DNA of 64,000 bases from an uncultured Chroococcidiopsis sp. (GCA_964248365.1 CAXTYC010000026.1:10658-74657), one strand, 5' to 3'; positions 1 through 11,000 are shown, numbered from the stretch's first letter. The notes: generated by a model from the sequence alone, not told the origin. Numbers and translations are program-made.

Positions 1-326
1 TTCTCTGTGGGACGAATTTCCAATGCATCTAATTCTACACCTTGCTTTTTGGCGAAACCTTCTGCTGCTTTGGTTGGTTTACCATCTTTAAACGCCGCTT
101 GTGCGGGTGGACCTTTAATTTCTTCATCTCTATCTGGTTGCCCAGTTGGTAGATCTTTAATCAGAAGGGCTAGACGGCGGGGAGTACCGTAAACTTCTAG
201 GGCGCTACTTGTCAAGTTATTTTCGCTCAGACTTTGACCAATGCGCGATCGCCACTGTTGGATGGCGCTATCTACAAACGTTGCGGGTAATTCTTCTGTA
301 CCGACTTCCAATAAGAAACTAGACAT
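1..326 (-). CDS. glyS: Glycine--tRNA ligase beta subunit, 5' part (runs off window)
   Basis: Manual translation from ATG at 326: [25 protein letters not shown]..., the typical GlyS N-terminus; not in ORF track. Confidence 0.92.
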   Translation of the reverse strand, partial: MSSFLLEVGTEELPATFVDSAIQQWRSRIGQSLSENNLTSSALEVYGTPRRLALLIKDLPTGQPDRDEEIKGPPAQAAFKDGKPTKAAEGFAKKQGVELDALEIRPTE

Positions 327-764
327 AGCACACTGTTTTTAACCAAGAGGTTTTATTTTACTTCGATCCAATTTCAACAGTTTATCCTGCCTAGAATTCT
401 GATGTGTGCAACGCCAAAATATTAAATCTTTTGCAATTATCTACATCACCCACTAGTATGCCATCCCTCCGCATGGTGTAATACCCAGCTTCGCCCACCA
501 TCAATAATTTGGTGGGCATGAGTGGCATACTTTTGCAAGAGGTCTATTCTATTGCGATCGCACCTACATAATTTTGCTGATAGTTTCTTGTATTTATCTT
601 TACCAAATATACCGATGGAAGGAGATGAATTTGCTGAAAAACTCATATTTTAAATAATGGGATTGGGTAAAGTTTATACCATTTAAGCTTGTTCATCCAG
701 ATTTGAAGTAGCGAGGAGCGATTTTTGGCATCGCCCCTCGCCTTTTAGGAATCAGAAAGAGGCG

Positions 765-3071
765 ATGAAAGAGACGCGGGACAGCATTGCTGACATTTGG
801 GGTCAGCGAACACCTTATTTTGGTGATTGGTCAGTACGAGTAGACTCGCTTTTGCACGAAGAACCCGATACTTGGGTGCAATCTGCGTGTGTCCTTTGTT
901 CTAATGGCTGCGGGATGGATATTGGTGTCAAAGACGGGCGGATTGTGGGTGTTCGTGGGAGGGCAGTAGACCGTGTAAACAAAGGGCGGCTAGGTCCCAA
1001 GGGATTAAACGGATGGGTAGCAAATCATAGTAGCGATCGCCTGACTCATCCTTTAATTCGCCGCAACGGTCAACTTGAGTCAGCAACCTGGGACGAAGCA
1101 ATGAACATGATTGTCCAGCGTTCCAAAGAAATTCGAGACAAATACACCAGTGGGGCGATTGGATTTTATACCAGTGGGCAACTCTTCCTAGAAGAGTATT
1201 ACACACTGGGTATTATTGGTAAAGCAGGTTTGGGAACGCCGCACATGGACGGTAACACCAGGCTATGTACAGCAACATCAGCAGCAGCACTGAAAGCATC
1301 ATTTGGTACAGACGGGCAACCTGGTTCTTATACTGACATTGATACCACCGATGCTATTTTGCACGTCGGACACAACACTGCTGTCGCACAAACCGTGCTT
1401 TGGATGCGGATTTTAGATCGGCGGCAAAGTTCAAATCCACCGCTTCTGATTGTAGTCGATCCACGCGAAACCTACACCGCTAAGGAAGCAGATGTGCATC
1501 TAGCACCCCTCGTTGGTACTAATCTGCCGCTGATGAACGGGCTGTTAAATTTAATCATAGAGGCTGGGCAGATCGACAAAGACTACATTGATGCCCATAC
1601 CGTTGGCTTTCAAAACCTGAAACAAACCGTTAGCCAATGGACTCCACAGCGAGTGGAACAGGTGACAGGAGTACCAGCTGATAAGTTACGCGCGGCGGCT
1701 GAAATTCTTGGTTCTACCCCAACCTTGGTTTCAACCGCACTTCAGGGAGTGTATCAATCGATGCAGGCAACAGCTACGGCTGTGCAGATTAATAATTTAC
1801 ACCTAATTCGCGGTTTGATTGGAAAACCAGGATGCGGCATCTTGCAAATGAATGGTCAGCCTACAGCACAAAATACCCGCGAATGTGGTGCAGACGGAGA
1901 TCTGCCAGGATTCCGTAACTGGGACAATCCAGAACACATAGCACAGTTAGCACGAATTTGGAATGTAGATCCAGCAATTATCCCCCACTGGTCGCCACCT
2001 ACCCACGCCATGCAGATTTGGCGCTATGCCGAGCAAGGCTCAATTAAGATGCTTTGGATCAGTGCTACGAACCCAGCCGTATCACTGCCAGAGTTAGGGC
2101 GTATCCGGCAGATTCTAGAGAAAGACGATTTGTTCGTGGTTGTGCAGGATGCCTTTTTGACCGAAACTGCCTCTCTTGCTGATGTGGTTCTACCCGCCGC
2201 TATCTGGGGTGAAAAGACAGGATGTTATACTAATGCCGATCGCACTGTCCACATTTCCCATAAAGCAATTGATCCGCCAGGTATTGCGCGATCAGATCTG
2301 GAAATCTTTCTCGACTACGCCTGCCGCATGGATTTCAGAGACAAAGATGGCGCACCTTTAATTAAATGGCACGATGCCGAAGGAGCGTTTGAAGCTTGGA
2401 AAGAATGCTCAAAAGGTCGCCCTTGCGATTATAGTGGCATGAGCTACGCCAAACTCAGTCAAGGTTCTGGGATTCAGTGGCCTTGTAACGAACAGTTTCC
2501 CGATGGTACACCGCACCTATACACCGATGGTGTATTCAATACGAGTGCTGACTACTGCGAAACCTACGGTAACGACTTGGTAACGGGTGCACAGGTAACA
2601 CCAGAAGAATACCACGCCCATGACCCTAAAGGCAAAGCATTCCTAAAAGCTGCCCATTACCAACCCCCGCACGAGCAGCCAGATGAAGAATACCCGCTTT
2701 GGCTGACAACCGGGCGAGTCTTGTATCACTTCCATACTAGAACTAAGACGGGGCGATCGCCTCGACTGCAAGCAGCTGCACCAGATGCCTTCGTACAAAT
2801 CTCTAGCGAAGACGCAGCCAAATACAACATTATTGACGGTGACATGATTGAAATTACATCTCGTCGAGGTCGAGTAGTAGAACGGGCGCGAATTGGTGGT
2901 ATTGAACCAGGACTTGTATTCATTCCCTTCCATTATGGCTACTGGGATAATCCAGATCGCCTCCGTGCTGCCAATGAACTCACAATCACCGAATGGGACT
3001 CGGTTAGTAAGCAGCCACACTACAAATATGCCGCCGTGCGAATTCGTAAAATCGATCAGACTTGGGGCTAG
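765..3071 (+). CDS. Molybdopterin oxidoreductase, nitrate reductase (NarB/NasA)-like family
   Basis: 768 aa; CxxCxxxC N-terminal motif (CVLCSNGC), NTRLC Mo-ligand motif, C-terminal LTTGR...HFHTRTKT dinucleotide-binding domain. Confidence 0.85.
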   Translation: MKETRDSIADIWGQRTPYFGDWSVRVDSLLHEEPDTWVQSACVLCSNGCGMDIGVKDGRIVGVRGRAVDRVNKGRLGPKGLNGWVANHSSDRLTHPLIRRNGQLESATWDEAMNMIVQRSKEIRDKYTSGAIGFYTSGQLFLEEYYTLGIIGKAGLGTPHMDGNTRLCTATSAAALKASFGTDGQPGSYTDIDTTDAILHVGHNTAVAQTVLWMRILDRRQSSNPPLLIVVDPRETYTAKEADVHLAPLVGTNLPLMNGLLNLIIEAGQIDKDYIDAHTVGFQNLKQTVSQWTPQRVEQVTGVPADKLRAAAEILGSTPTLVSTALQGVYQSMQATATAVQINNLHLIRGLIGKPGCGILQMNGQPTAQNTRECGADGDLPGFRNWDNPEHIAQLARIWNVDPAIIPHWSPPTHAMQIWRYAEQGSIKMLWISATNPAVSLPELGRIRQILEKDDLFVVVQDAFLTETASLADVVLPAAIWGEKTGCYTNADRTVHISHKAIDPPGIARSDLEIFLDYACRMDFRDKDGAPLIKWHDAEGAFEAWKECSKGRPCDYSGMSYAKLSQGSGIQWPCNEQFPDGTPHLYTDGVFNTSADYCETYGNDLVTGAQVTPEEYHAHDPKGKAFLKAAHYQPPHEQPDEEYPLWLTTGRVLYHFHTRTKTGRSPRLQAAAPDAFVQISSEDAAKYNIIDGDMIEITSRRGRVVERARIGGIEPGLVFIPFHYGYWDNPDRLRAANELTITEWDSVSKQPHYKYAAVRIRKIDQTWG

Positions 3072-3156
3072 GGACTAGAGGCTAGAGGCTAGGGAACTAC
3101 CTCGAAATCTCCTTGATAGAAAGCTTCATACTTTGAATCGGAGACTAATATAATAT

Positions 3157-3614
3157 ATGCACCTTAGTAATTACCTGGGACTAGTCCATAACAGTGAACA
3201 GCAACTAGCCGATGCGTTTGCAACCATAGCAGACCATCATGGCGATGAACCTGACATCACCACATTGGTAAGCTTTTGTCAACATGGTCACAGCAACACG
3301 TCCAGGCACTCAAACCATTAATTGACCGCTATCAGGAACAAAAGAGTGAAGAACCAGCGCGACTGAGCCAGACATTGTTTTCAGAACCGCGCACAGGTAG
3401 CCTTGCCTTATTACGCGACCTTCATGATCTGTGGCTGCTAGCAAACGAAGTTTATCTGTGCTGGATAGTCCTTTCTCAAGCCGCCAAAGCACTACGCGAC
3501 AAAGAACTAGAAACAGCTTGCGAACAATTTGACCGACAAACTAAACAACAGATTGCTTGGCTACTTACCAGAATCAAACAAGCCGCACCACAAACACTAG
3601 TAGTTAGTCAGTAG
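3157..3614 (+). pseudogene. Small helical partner protein of the oxidoreductase, frameshifted
   Basis: ATG 3157 gives MHLSNYLGLVHNSEQQLADAF...GDEPDI and continues in the -1 frame (HHIGKLLSTWSQQHVQALKP...) to 3614; one base appears missing near 3257. Confidence 0.65.
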
Positions 3615-3722
3615 TCAGGAGTTGTGAAGTCAGAAGTCAGAAGTCGGAATTCTGAATTAATGATTCTCCCCTCTGCTCCCCTGATTCCCCCTCTCCCACT
3701 CTCCCCTTTGCCCCCCGCTCTC

Positions 3723-5240
3723 TTATCGCGGACGACCCAGAGTAGTGATATATAGAACCGCCTCATCAGCAGGAATACCTAGCACTTCATTAACCTGGTC
3801 ATCAAAGAAGCCACCAATGCCACTCACACCCAAATTAAGACGAATCGCGCCTAAATTTAATCTTTGCCCTAAATGACCAGCATCCATATGCAGGTAACGA
3901 TAAACGCGATCGCCATATTGTGCCACAGCTGATTTCAGATCCGCTGTATGAAATAGCACCGCCCCTGCATCCCGTCCTAGTTCTTGTCCCAAGCACAGAT
4001 AGTGTAACTCGCGCCGGAAATTTTTAAACCGAATTTGCCGCAGTTCTTGGGCTTTTGGCGCGTAGTAGTAGCAGCCTGACTCTAGCCCCATCACTCCAGA
4101 TACAGCAATAAACGTCTCAATTAAATTCAAGTCAAAATAATCTGGCTTGCCATCTAAACCTTGATCGATGTAGTGGTGGGGTTGATAGGTAAAATCTAAC
4201 AAAGCTAACACTTCATCTAAATTTAGATCTCCACCGCTATAAGCCCTCGTTGAACGACGATTGATAATTGTAGTTTCCAGCCCTTCTAGGTTTGCGCCCC
4301 AGTCAATGGGATAGGTAATAGTGGGAACCTTAAGACAGAAGGGAAAGTTATATTTATCTTCAGAAGGTGAGAGGAAAGATTTTTCTGTTATTACCTCTTG
4401 AATTTGGCTTGCTCGGTGGCAGTATCTTAGTAGTTCCCCATCTGGAATTTGGGGATAGTCACAAGAGGTAGCAGAGGGCAAAGCAGTTTGACTTGATGGT
4501 AGGTTTTGTTGTACGTCAAGTAAATCTGCCAAAGGAATTATAGCGATCGCCCCTTCCTGTTCGATATCAAGGTAAAGTAGCTCATTAACTGCTTCATCGA
4601 CAAAACCCCCAATTAGATGAGGTCGGTAATTAGTCAAAGATCCAGCCAACTCGATATTACCCAGCAGGTGTCCTGTATCCAAGAAAATCCGCCGATATGC
4701 GCGGTCTTGGTAACGCCAAGCCGAACGATAAAATACAGCAGTTGCTACAAGTGCCAGTCGAGTACTTTCTAAAGCCTGATGCCAGAAACAAGCCTTTTGC
4801 AAAGCTTGCCAAACTTCACTTGACCAAAAATGAACTAAGGAATGGCTTTGAGGCTGATAGTTATAAAGTCCAGCCGGCAAAATTGATGTGCCACGAGAAA
4901 TCAAATATACTTCGGCAGGATATAAACCCCCTGCTGATGGTGCAGCGCGTAGATAGATGGGATGTCCCATCATTGTTGGCACTTTGGCTGTCAAACCATA
5001 GCTGCAAAACAGTAGCCAGGATAACCTCTGCCATCCGATGCCTTCTGGATCATTCGTAAATACTTTTGGTTCTTCTTGAAGATAGGGCTTGAGGTCGAAG
5101 GTTGTGCCAATTTTGTATTCTTTAAATGGCACTGGCTGTTTAGACCAGTCTAATCCTTGACTTTTAGAGGCGATCGTCTCAGGATCGTATTTAGTTCGCT
5201 CGTGGTAGTGTTGAGCAATTGATTGGTGCTGTTCTAGCAT
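3723..5240 (-). CDS. SagB/ThcOx family dehydrogenase (tandem nitroreductase domains)
   Basis: 505 aa; RAAPSAGGLYP, RRSTRAY, DAGHLGQ, GIGGFFDD motifs. Confidence 0.88.
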   Translation of the reverse strand: MLEQHQSIAQHYHERTKYDPETIASKSQGLDWSKQPVPFKEYKIGTTFDLKPYLQEEPKVFTNDPEGIGWQRLSWLLFCSYGLTAKVPTMMGHPIYLRAAPSAGGLYPAEVYLISRGTSILPAGLYNYQPQSHSLVHFWSSEVWQALQKACFWHQALESTRLALVATAVFYRSAWRYQDRAYRRIFLDTGHLLGNIELAGSLTNYRPHLIGGFVDEAVNELLYLDIEQEGAIAIIPLADLLDVQQNLPSSQTALPSATSCDYPQIPDGELLRYCHRASQIQEVITEKSFLSPSEDKYNFPFCLKVPTITYPIDWGANLEGLETTIINRRSTRAYSGGDLNLDEVLALLDFTYQPHHYIDQGLDGKPDYFDLNLIETFIAVSGVMGLESGCYYYAPKAQELRQIRFKNFRRELHYLCLGQELGRDAGAVLFHTADLKSAVAQYGDRVYRYLHMDAGHLGQRLNLGAIRLNLGVSGIGGFFDDQVNEVLGIPADEAVLYITTLGRPR

Positions 5241-5378
5241 AGCAGTCTTTTGAAAACTTCCCTTTCTTCGATCTTTGCACTCCTGAGCGTATCTTGTCGT
5301 ATTAGGTGTAAAAAATACACAATCAAGGTAATTCGTAATTCGTAATTCGTAATTAAAAAACCAATTACCAACTACCTA

Positions 5379-6221
5379 TTACCTATTACCTATTATCATT
5401 CCCGTTATTTTTGCAACCATTTCTGAAGCTTTCTTAATTAAAGACGTGTTAATTTCAATTTGATAATTTTCATCTGGAAAAACTTGCGTCACAACTGTTT
5501 CTAAATCAGCATTACCTTTTCTCGCCCCCAAACCATTTATTGCACATTCAATTTGTCTCGCCCCACACTCTAAAGCAGCAATTGAATTCTCTACTGCCCA
5601 GCCTAAATCATCATGACAGTGAACTGAAATAATAGCTTTGTCTATATTTGGTACTTGATTGATAACAGTTTGAATTAGCAGGGAAAATTCTTCAGGTGAT
5701 GCTACCCCTAAGCTATCAGGAATACTAATCGTAGTAGCACCACTGTTTATCGCAACTTCAATTGCTTTACATAAAAAATCCCGTTGGCTTCTGGTAGCAT
5801 CAAAAGCACACCATTGTACATCCTCACAGTAGTTTCTTGCCAGACAAACACTGTGTTGTATTGTTTCTAATACTTGCTTTTTTCTTTCGTATTCTTGTTT
5901 TATATTTATGGTAGTATAAATATTAATCCTTCCTTTCTCAGCAGGTTTAATTGCTTTACTGACACTGATTATTTCATCTTCATTTGAGCTTGCCAGCCCA
6001 CAAATAATAGATTTTTTAATAATTGTAGATATTTTCCATACTTCATCAAAATCTTTTTCAAATTTACCAGGATAGCCAACTTCAATCACATCTACACCGA
6101 TTTCTTCTAGCAATTTTGCAATGCTAATTTTCTCCTCAATATTCATTTTCACACCTGGCGTGAGTTCTCCATCACGCATAGTGGTGTCGAAAATTTTCAC
6201 TTTGTTATTAGCTTGTGACAT
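5379..6221 (-). CDS. 2-isopropylmalate/homocitrate synthase-like protein, catalytic DRE-TIM domain only
   Basis: IFDTTMRDGE, HCHDDLG, NGLGARKGNA motifs; probable start MSQANNK at 6221; no LeuA regulatory domain. Confidence 0.75.
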   Translation of the reverse strand: MSQANNKVKIFDTTMRDGELTPGVKMNIEEKISIAKLLEEIGVDVIEVGYPGKFEKDFDEVWKISTIIKKSIICGLASSNEDEIISVSKAIKPAEKGRINIYTTINIKQEYERKKQVLETIQHSVCLARNYCEDVQWCAFDATRSQRDFLCKAIEVAINSGATTISIPDSLGVASPEEFSLLIQTVINQVPNIDKAIISVHCHDDLGWAVENSIAALECGARQIECAINGLGARKGNADLETVVTQVFPDENYQIEINTSLIKKASEMVAKITGMIIGNR

Positions 6222-6452
6222 ATTCAAGAGTGCTATATGTGTAGACAGAAAATAGCTTTCCATGCGAGCGCACAATATAATCATGATTTTCCTTTAGATG
6301 CTAAATCATCCTTGGTTTTTCTTAGCGTCTTTGCGTCTACTGGAGCGAAGAGGCTCCGCTCCGCGTCTATGCGTGACACTACCATCGTGATTTTATGCAC
6401 GGTATTTATCAAGCGATCGCCACCTGACTCTTCTAGGCGCACGTTGCTTAAT

Positions 6453-8222
6453 CTAACCTGCCCCCAACGCCCCAGAGTAAATCAAACCCCGCTGCATATC
6501 CAAAGTCAAAATTGCCCCGTCTCGAATCACTTCTGTTGCCTTTTTTACTCCCACAATTACAGGCACTCCCAATCGCAAGCCAATTACGGCTGCATGGCAA
6601 GTTAGACTCTCTTCTTCGGTAATAATCCCAGCTGCCTTACGAATCGCTTCGACAAAATCAGCACTGGTACGAGGTGCTACCAAAATATCACCTGGATTAA
6701 ACTTACTCACATCCATGCCACTGTAAGCCACTCTTGCCCGACCACTGACTGAACCTTGACCGATGCCAATTCCTTGACCGAGTAATGCCGTTACTACCTC
6801 TACCTTGATCAAGTCAGTCGAGCCTGAGATTCCCTGAAGTGTTCCTGCGGTCATTACCACTAGATCCCCTTCATACAATAGCTGTTTCTCTAGAGCCACA
6901 TTGAGGGCAGATTGGAATGTTTTACCCGCCGAAGGTAGATCCAGCACTAGCAACGGTTTCACACCCCACACCAGCTGTAACTGCCGTGCTACATCTACAT
7001 GAGGTGTCACCGCCAAGATAGGATTTTGCGGTCGGAACTTTGAAACATTGCGCGCTGTAGCGCCAGTCTTTGTCAGCGTCATAATTGCCGCTGCACCCAG
7101 TTGCGAGGCAATTTGCCCTACTGCTTGGCTAATCGCATTGGGAATAGAACGACGGGTATCGCTGCTTCTGTTTGGCGTTGCTGCGAGTTGTTGTTCTTGC
7201 TCGATCCGAGTGGCAATTCGTGCCATTGTTGCTACGGCTTCTACTGGGTATTTACCCACAGCGGTTTCATTTGAGAGCATTACCGCATCAGTTCCGTCTA
7301 AAATCGCATTTGCTACATCCGAGACTTCAGCGCGAGTTGGACGAGGACTATGAACCATGCTGTCTAACATCTGAGTAGCCGTAATGATGGGGATACCCAA
7401 GCGATTTGCTACGGTAATCAAGCGCTTTTGCAAGATGGGAACGTCTTCTGCTGGTAGTTCTACACCTAAATCACCTCTGGCAATCATCACGCCATCACAC
7501 AAGGGTAGAATTGCCTCCATTTGGTTGATCGCTTCGTGTTTTTCAATTTTGGCAATTACTGGCACTTGCTTGCCTGCATTGGAAATTAGTTCTTTAATTT
7601 CCAGCACATCCTGGGGGTTACGCACAAACGAGAGTGCTACCCAGTCTACACCCTGACCAAGACCAAATATCAAATCTTGACGGTCTTTTTCAGTCATTGC
7701 CTTAACTGATAGGTAAACACCTGGAAAGTTTACGCCTTTGTTGTTAGAAAGCGTACCGCCCACAACTACGCGACAATGCAATTCCTTTGCAGCACGGTCA
7801 ATCTTCTCCACCCGCATTTCTACTCGCCCGTCATCGAGGAGAATGGTTGCTCCGGCTGGTACTTCCTCTGCTAGGTAATCGTAAGTTACGCAGCTAATTT
7901 CTTGAGTTCCAACGATTGGATTACTCGTTAAAATAAAGCGATCGCCTTTATTGACGTAGATCGAATCGTTTTCAAACTTCCCTAGTCGAATTTTTGGTCC
8001 TTGCAAGTCTTGGAGAATACCCACAGGCTGATCTAGTTCAAAGGCAGTTTGCCGAATTAAGCGAATACTGCGCTGATGATCTGCATAACTACCGTGAGAG
8101 AAATTCAGTCGCAGGGTAGTTGCACCAGCTTCAATCAATGCCCTTAGCACCTCTGGGCTACTAGTAGCAGGACCAATAGTGGCAACAATTTTTGTTCGAC
8201 GTGAGGACTTTTGTAATTGCAT
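6453..8222 (-). CDS. pyk: Pyruvate kinase with C-terminal PEP-utilising domain
   Basis: RRTKIVATIGP, RLNFSHG, MIARGDLGVE, ATQMLDSM motifs. Confidence 0.97.
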   Translation of the reverse strand: MQLQKSSRRTKIVATIGPATSSPEVLRALIEAGATTLRLNFSHGSYADHQRSIRLIRQTAFELDQPVGILQDLQGPKIRLGKFENDSIYVNKGDRFILTSNPIVGTQEISCVTYDYLAEEVPAGATILLDDGRVEMRVEKIDRAAKELHCRVVVGGTLSNNKGVNFPGVYLSVKAMTEKDRQDLIFGLGQGVDWVALSFVRNPQDVLEIKELISNAGKQVPVIAKIEKHEAINQMEAILPLCDGVMIARGDLGVELPAEDVPILQKRLITVANRLGIPIITATQMLDSMVHSPRPTRAEVSDVANAILDGTDAVMLSNETAVGKYPVEAVATMARIATRIEQEQQLAATPNRSSDTRRSIPNAISQAVGQIASQLGAAAIMTLTKTGATARNVSKFRPQNPILAVTPHVDVARQLQLVWGVKPLLVLDLPSAGKTFQSALNVALEKQLLYEGDLVVMTAGTLQGISGSTDLIKVEVVTALLGQGIGIGQGSVSGRARVAYSGMDVSKFNPGDILVAPRTSADFVEAIRKAAGIITEEESLTCHAAVIGLRLGVPVIVGVKKATEVIRDGAILTLDMQRGLIYSGALGAG

Positions 8223-8374
8223 GAATGCAGTTGAAGTGGGAGGTATCTGGAATAATAGCGCTATTGTTCCAGATTTCGATATAAGAGTATAAATGAATTG
8301 CGATACATAAAACTTTAGTATTCTAGTGAAAGTATCACAATAATCCGCATTAATTTACAACAAAAGGAGTAAAG

Positions 8375-9262
8375 ATGGTCACGTCGGAGGCAACCAAGCC
8401 GCTGACAGTTCCCAAGGAGTTCCTTGCACCCCCTGGAGAATTTAATCCCACGTTGCTGATATTTTTGGCATCAGCTACCATGCTCGTGCTGTCAAACTGC
8501 GGCTACTGGCTCTGGGAATGGTCCCACTGGTGCTGTTTTTGCACTAACGTAATTGCCATACACATGGCAGGCACGGTAATTCATGATGCTTGTCATCAGT
8601 CCGCCCATCGTAACCGCGTTATAAATGCGATTTTAGGGCATGGCAGTGCCATGATGTTAGCTTTTTCCTTTCCCGTCTTTACGCGGGTGCATTTGCAGCA
8701 TCACGCCCATGTAAATGACCCCGAAAACGATCCAGATCACTATGTTTCCACAGGTGGTCCATTGTGGTTAATTGCCGTTCGCTTTTTATACCACGAGATT
8801 TTTTTCTTTAAACGGCAGTTGTGGCGCAAAAACGAATTATGGGAGTGGTTTTTGAACCGCTTGGTGATTGTTGCTATTTTCTACGTTTCAATTCAATACC
8901 ACTTTTTGGGCTACATTCTCAATTTTTGGTTTATTCCTACTGCCGTAGTCGGAGTTACTCTGGGACTATTTTTTGATTATTTACCCCATCGTCCCTTTCA
9001 AGAGCGCGATCGCTGGAAAAATGCCAGAGTATATCCTAATTCAATTCTTAACTTTCTGATCATGGGGCAGAATTATCACCTAATTCATCATCTATGGCCT
9101 TCTATTCCCTGGTATAATTACCAAAATGCCTACTATGCAACTAAACCCCTGTTAGATGAAAAAGGGTGTCATCAATCTTTAGGGCTGCTGCCCAGAAAAG
9201 ACTTTTTAAGTTTTGTTTACGACATTTTTTTAGGCATCCGATTTCATAAACATGGGGGCTAG
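8375..9262 (+). CDS. crtR: Beta-carotene hydroxylase
   Basis: Desaturase His boxes HDACH, HLQHH, HLIHH; conserved pyk-crtR-aroH-sppA neighbourhood. Confidence 0.9.
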   Translation: MVTSEATKPLTVPKEFLAPPGEFNPTLLIFLASATMLVLSNCGYWLWEWSHWCCFCTNVIAIHMAGTVIHDACHQSAHRNRVINAILGHGSAMMLAFSFPVFTRVHLQHHAHVNDPENDPDHYVSTGGPLWLIAVRFLYHEIFFFKRQLWRKNELWEWFLNRLVIVAIFYVSIQYHFLGYILNFWFIPTAVVGVTLGLFFDYLPHRPFQERDRWKNARVYPNSILNFLIMGQNYHLIHHLWPSIPWYNYQNAYYATKPLLDEKGCHQSLGLLPRKDFLSFVYDIFLGIRFHKHGG

Positions 9263-9372
9263 GGGCTAGAAGAGGATAGGGGGACAAGGAGATGGGGGAC
9301 AAAAAGAGGTTTATGCCGTGTTCTTTCCCCTTGTCCCCTTTTCCCTTTTACCTTTCCCCAGCCCCTATTCCT

Positions 9373-9795
9373 TCACCGATGATTTGACGGAACAACCGTT
9401 GGTGGTAATACACTATTGCACTGGGGTAAACTCCAATCTGGTCGCAAACTTTCAGCTTGCCTGAGATAGGTATGGTAAATCTGAGTGTGGGATGTTGGGA
9501 GGTTGACGTGGATTAATAACCGGATGCAGTGTTCTAGGCTTCCCTCAACGTGCATTTGGTGTACATCTAGCATTGCTACATTGTCCCAGTCCGGTCGCTT
9601 GCGCGCGATCGCGGCGGGGAAAATAGCATCTAAATCACGGGTGACTGTGAAAGTAGCGCTAATAATTTTGTTTGGATCGAGCTGATTTCGCGCTTCTAAT
9701 TCATCAAGCAGTTCCATTACTGCTTCTCGAATTGCCTCAATTGTATTTTCTGCAACAGTTGTTGCTCCGCGAATTGCTCGAACTTGCCACTCCAC
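9373..9795 (-). CDS. aroH: Chorismate mutase, AroH class
   Basis: VRAIRGATT, FPAAIAR, LRPDW motifs. Confidence 0.93.
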   Translation of the reverse strand: MEWQVRAIRGATTVAENTIEAIREAVMELLDELEARNQLDPNKIISATFTVTRDLDAIFPAAIARKRPDWDNVAMLDVHQMHVEGSLEHCIRLLIHVNLPTSHTQIYHTYLRQAESLRPDWSLPQCNSVLPPTVVPSNHR

Positions 9796-9973
9796 GTCAA
9801 TTCCTCCATGTTCTTAAATAGTTTTTATTTGTTAGATTTTAGTTTGCCCAGCAAAAAACATTATTTAATTATTACCAATTAATAACCATCGTTGTTAGTC
9901 GTTAGTTTTGATCTGTTATAGCCAAAGATTAACATTTAACAGCCAATCACTAACAACTAAACAACTTACTTAC

Positions 9974-10792
9974 TTAAGAGCGATATAGCCATAAAGGTAA
10001 ACCACTAGTAGATACTTCAAATTCAAGTCTTTCGAATTTGTCAGCTAAGCCAGATGCTACTTGACTATTGCCAAACAAGCGAGCCAAAAATGGTTTACGC
10101 TCTTCTAGGGTGTAGCACTTAGTTTTATCTGGGTCAAGCCCCGCCAATTCGGCAGCCCAGCGACGAGCATCTTCCTCGGTTCCCAATCGGTCTACAACAC
10201 CTAGTTCTATAGCTTGCTGTCCGGTGAAAATGCGACCATCAGCAAAACTTTTAACTGCGTCTAGGGCTAAATTGCGATTCTGAGCAACTGTTTGAACAAA
10301 CTGCTGATAACTTGTGTCAATTAATTCTTGCAGGATGTGCTGTTCTGGCTGGGTTAATTCGCGGTCAAAAGCCAAAATGTCTTTATAAGGACCAGACTTA
10401 ACTACTTTGAACGAAACACCGATTTTCTCCAATAGACGTTCTAGATTATTACCTCTGAGAATCACGCCAATACTACCTGTAATCGTACCTGGGTTTGCCA
10501 TAATGTGTTTGGCTCCCATGCCGATGTATACACCCCCAGAAGCAGAGATGTTGCCAAAGCTGGCGACAATTTTAACTTTTTCTTGTAGTCGCTTTAAGGC
10601 ACTGTAGATTTCTTGAGAATCCCCAACTGTACCACCAGGGCTATCTATCCGCAGCAATAGGGCAGGAAACCGTTTTTCCTCTACAGTTTTGAGAGCGTCT
10701 AGCACTCTTTTGCGGGTGGCGCTGGCGATCGCCCCATTAATTTCTATCCGAGCAATTTGTTTGCGAAAACGAGGCTTAAAAGGCCAAACCAT
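9974..10792 (-). CDS. sppA: Signal peptide peptidase SppA (S49)
   Basis: RIDSPGG, SASGGVY, TGSIGV, KSGPYKD; start MVWPFK at 10792. Confidence 0.93.
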   Translation of the reverse strand: MVWPFKPRFRKQIARIEINGAIASATRKRVLDALKTVEEKRFPALLLRIDSPGGTVGDSQEIYSALKRLQEKVKIVASFGNISASGGVYIGMGAKHIMANPGTITGSIGVILRGNNLERLLEKIGVSFKVVKSGPYKDILAFDRELTQPEQHILQELIDTSYQQFVQTVAQNRNLALDAVKSFADGRIFTGQQAIELGVVDRLGTEEDARRWAAELAGLDPDKTKCYTLEERKPFLARLFGNSQVASGLADKFERLEFEVSTSGLPLWLYRS

Positions 10793-10954
10793 GTGTAGTA
10801 CTTGTTTGCTGTCGTGAAGGAATAAATTTATACTAAGCCCAAAGCTCAAGCATACTAATCACCTGCTGTCAACTAGGATCTACCACGTCGGCAAAAGCAA
10901 CAGCAGGCTCTATAAATCTAGTTTGCCTTATAAATGTGTGTCTAGGTCGGGGCT

Positions 10955-11000
10955 GGAGGCTAGAGGCTAGAGGCTAGAGGCTAGAGGCTAGAGGCTAGAG
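10955..11000. repeat. Heptamer tandem repeat (GGCTAGA)n
   Basis: About six consecutive GGCTAGA units. Confidence 0.9.

Noticed and set aside
7..646. Short ORFs 7..192 (+) and 446..646 (-)
   Set aside because: The first is antisense to glyS; the second has no recognisable motif or support
765..3071. Gene symbol narB
   Set aside because: Missing fourth Fe-S cysteine, atypical N-terminus and no nitrate assimilation gene context
3723..5240. RiPP (azole) biosynthetic cluster around the SagB/ThcOx gene
   Set aside because: No YcaO cyclodehydratase or precursor peptide nearby
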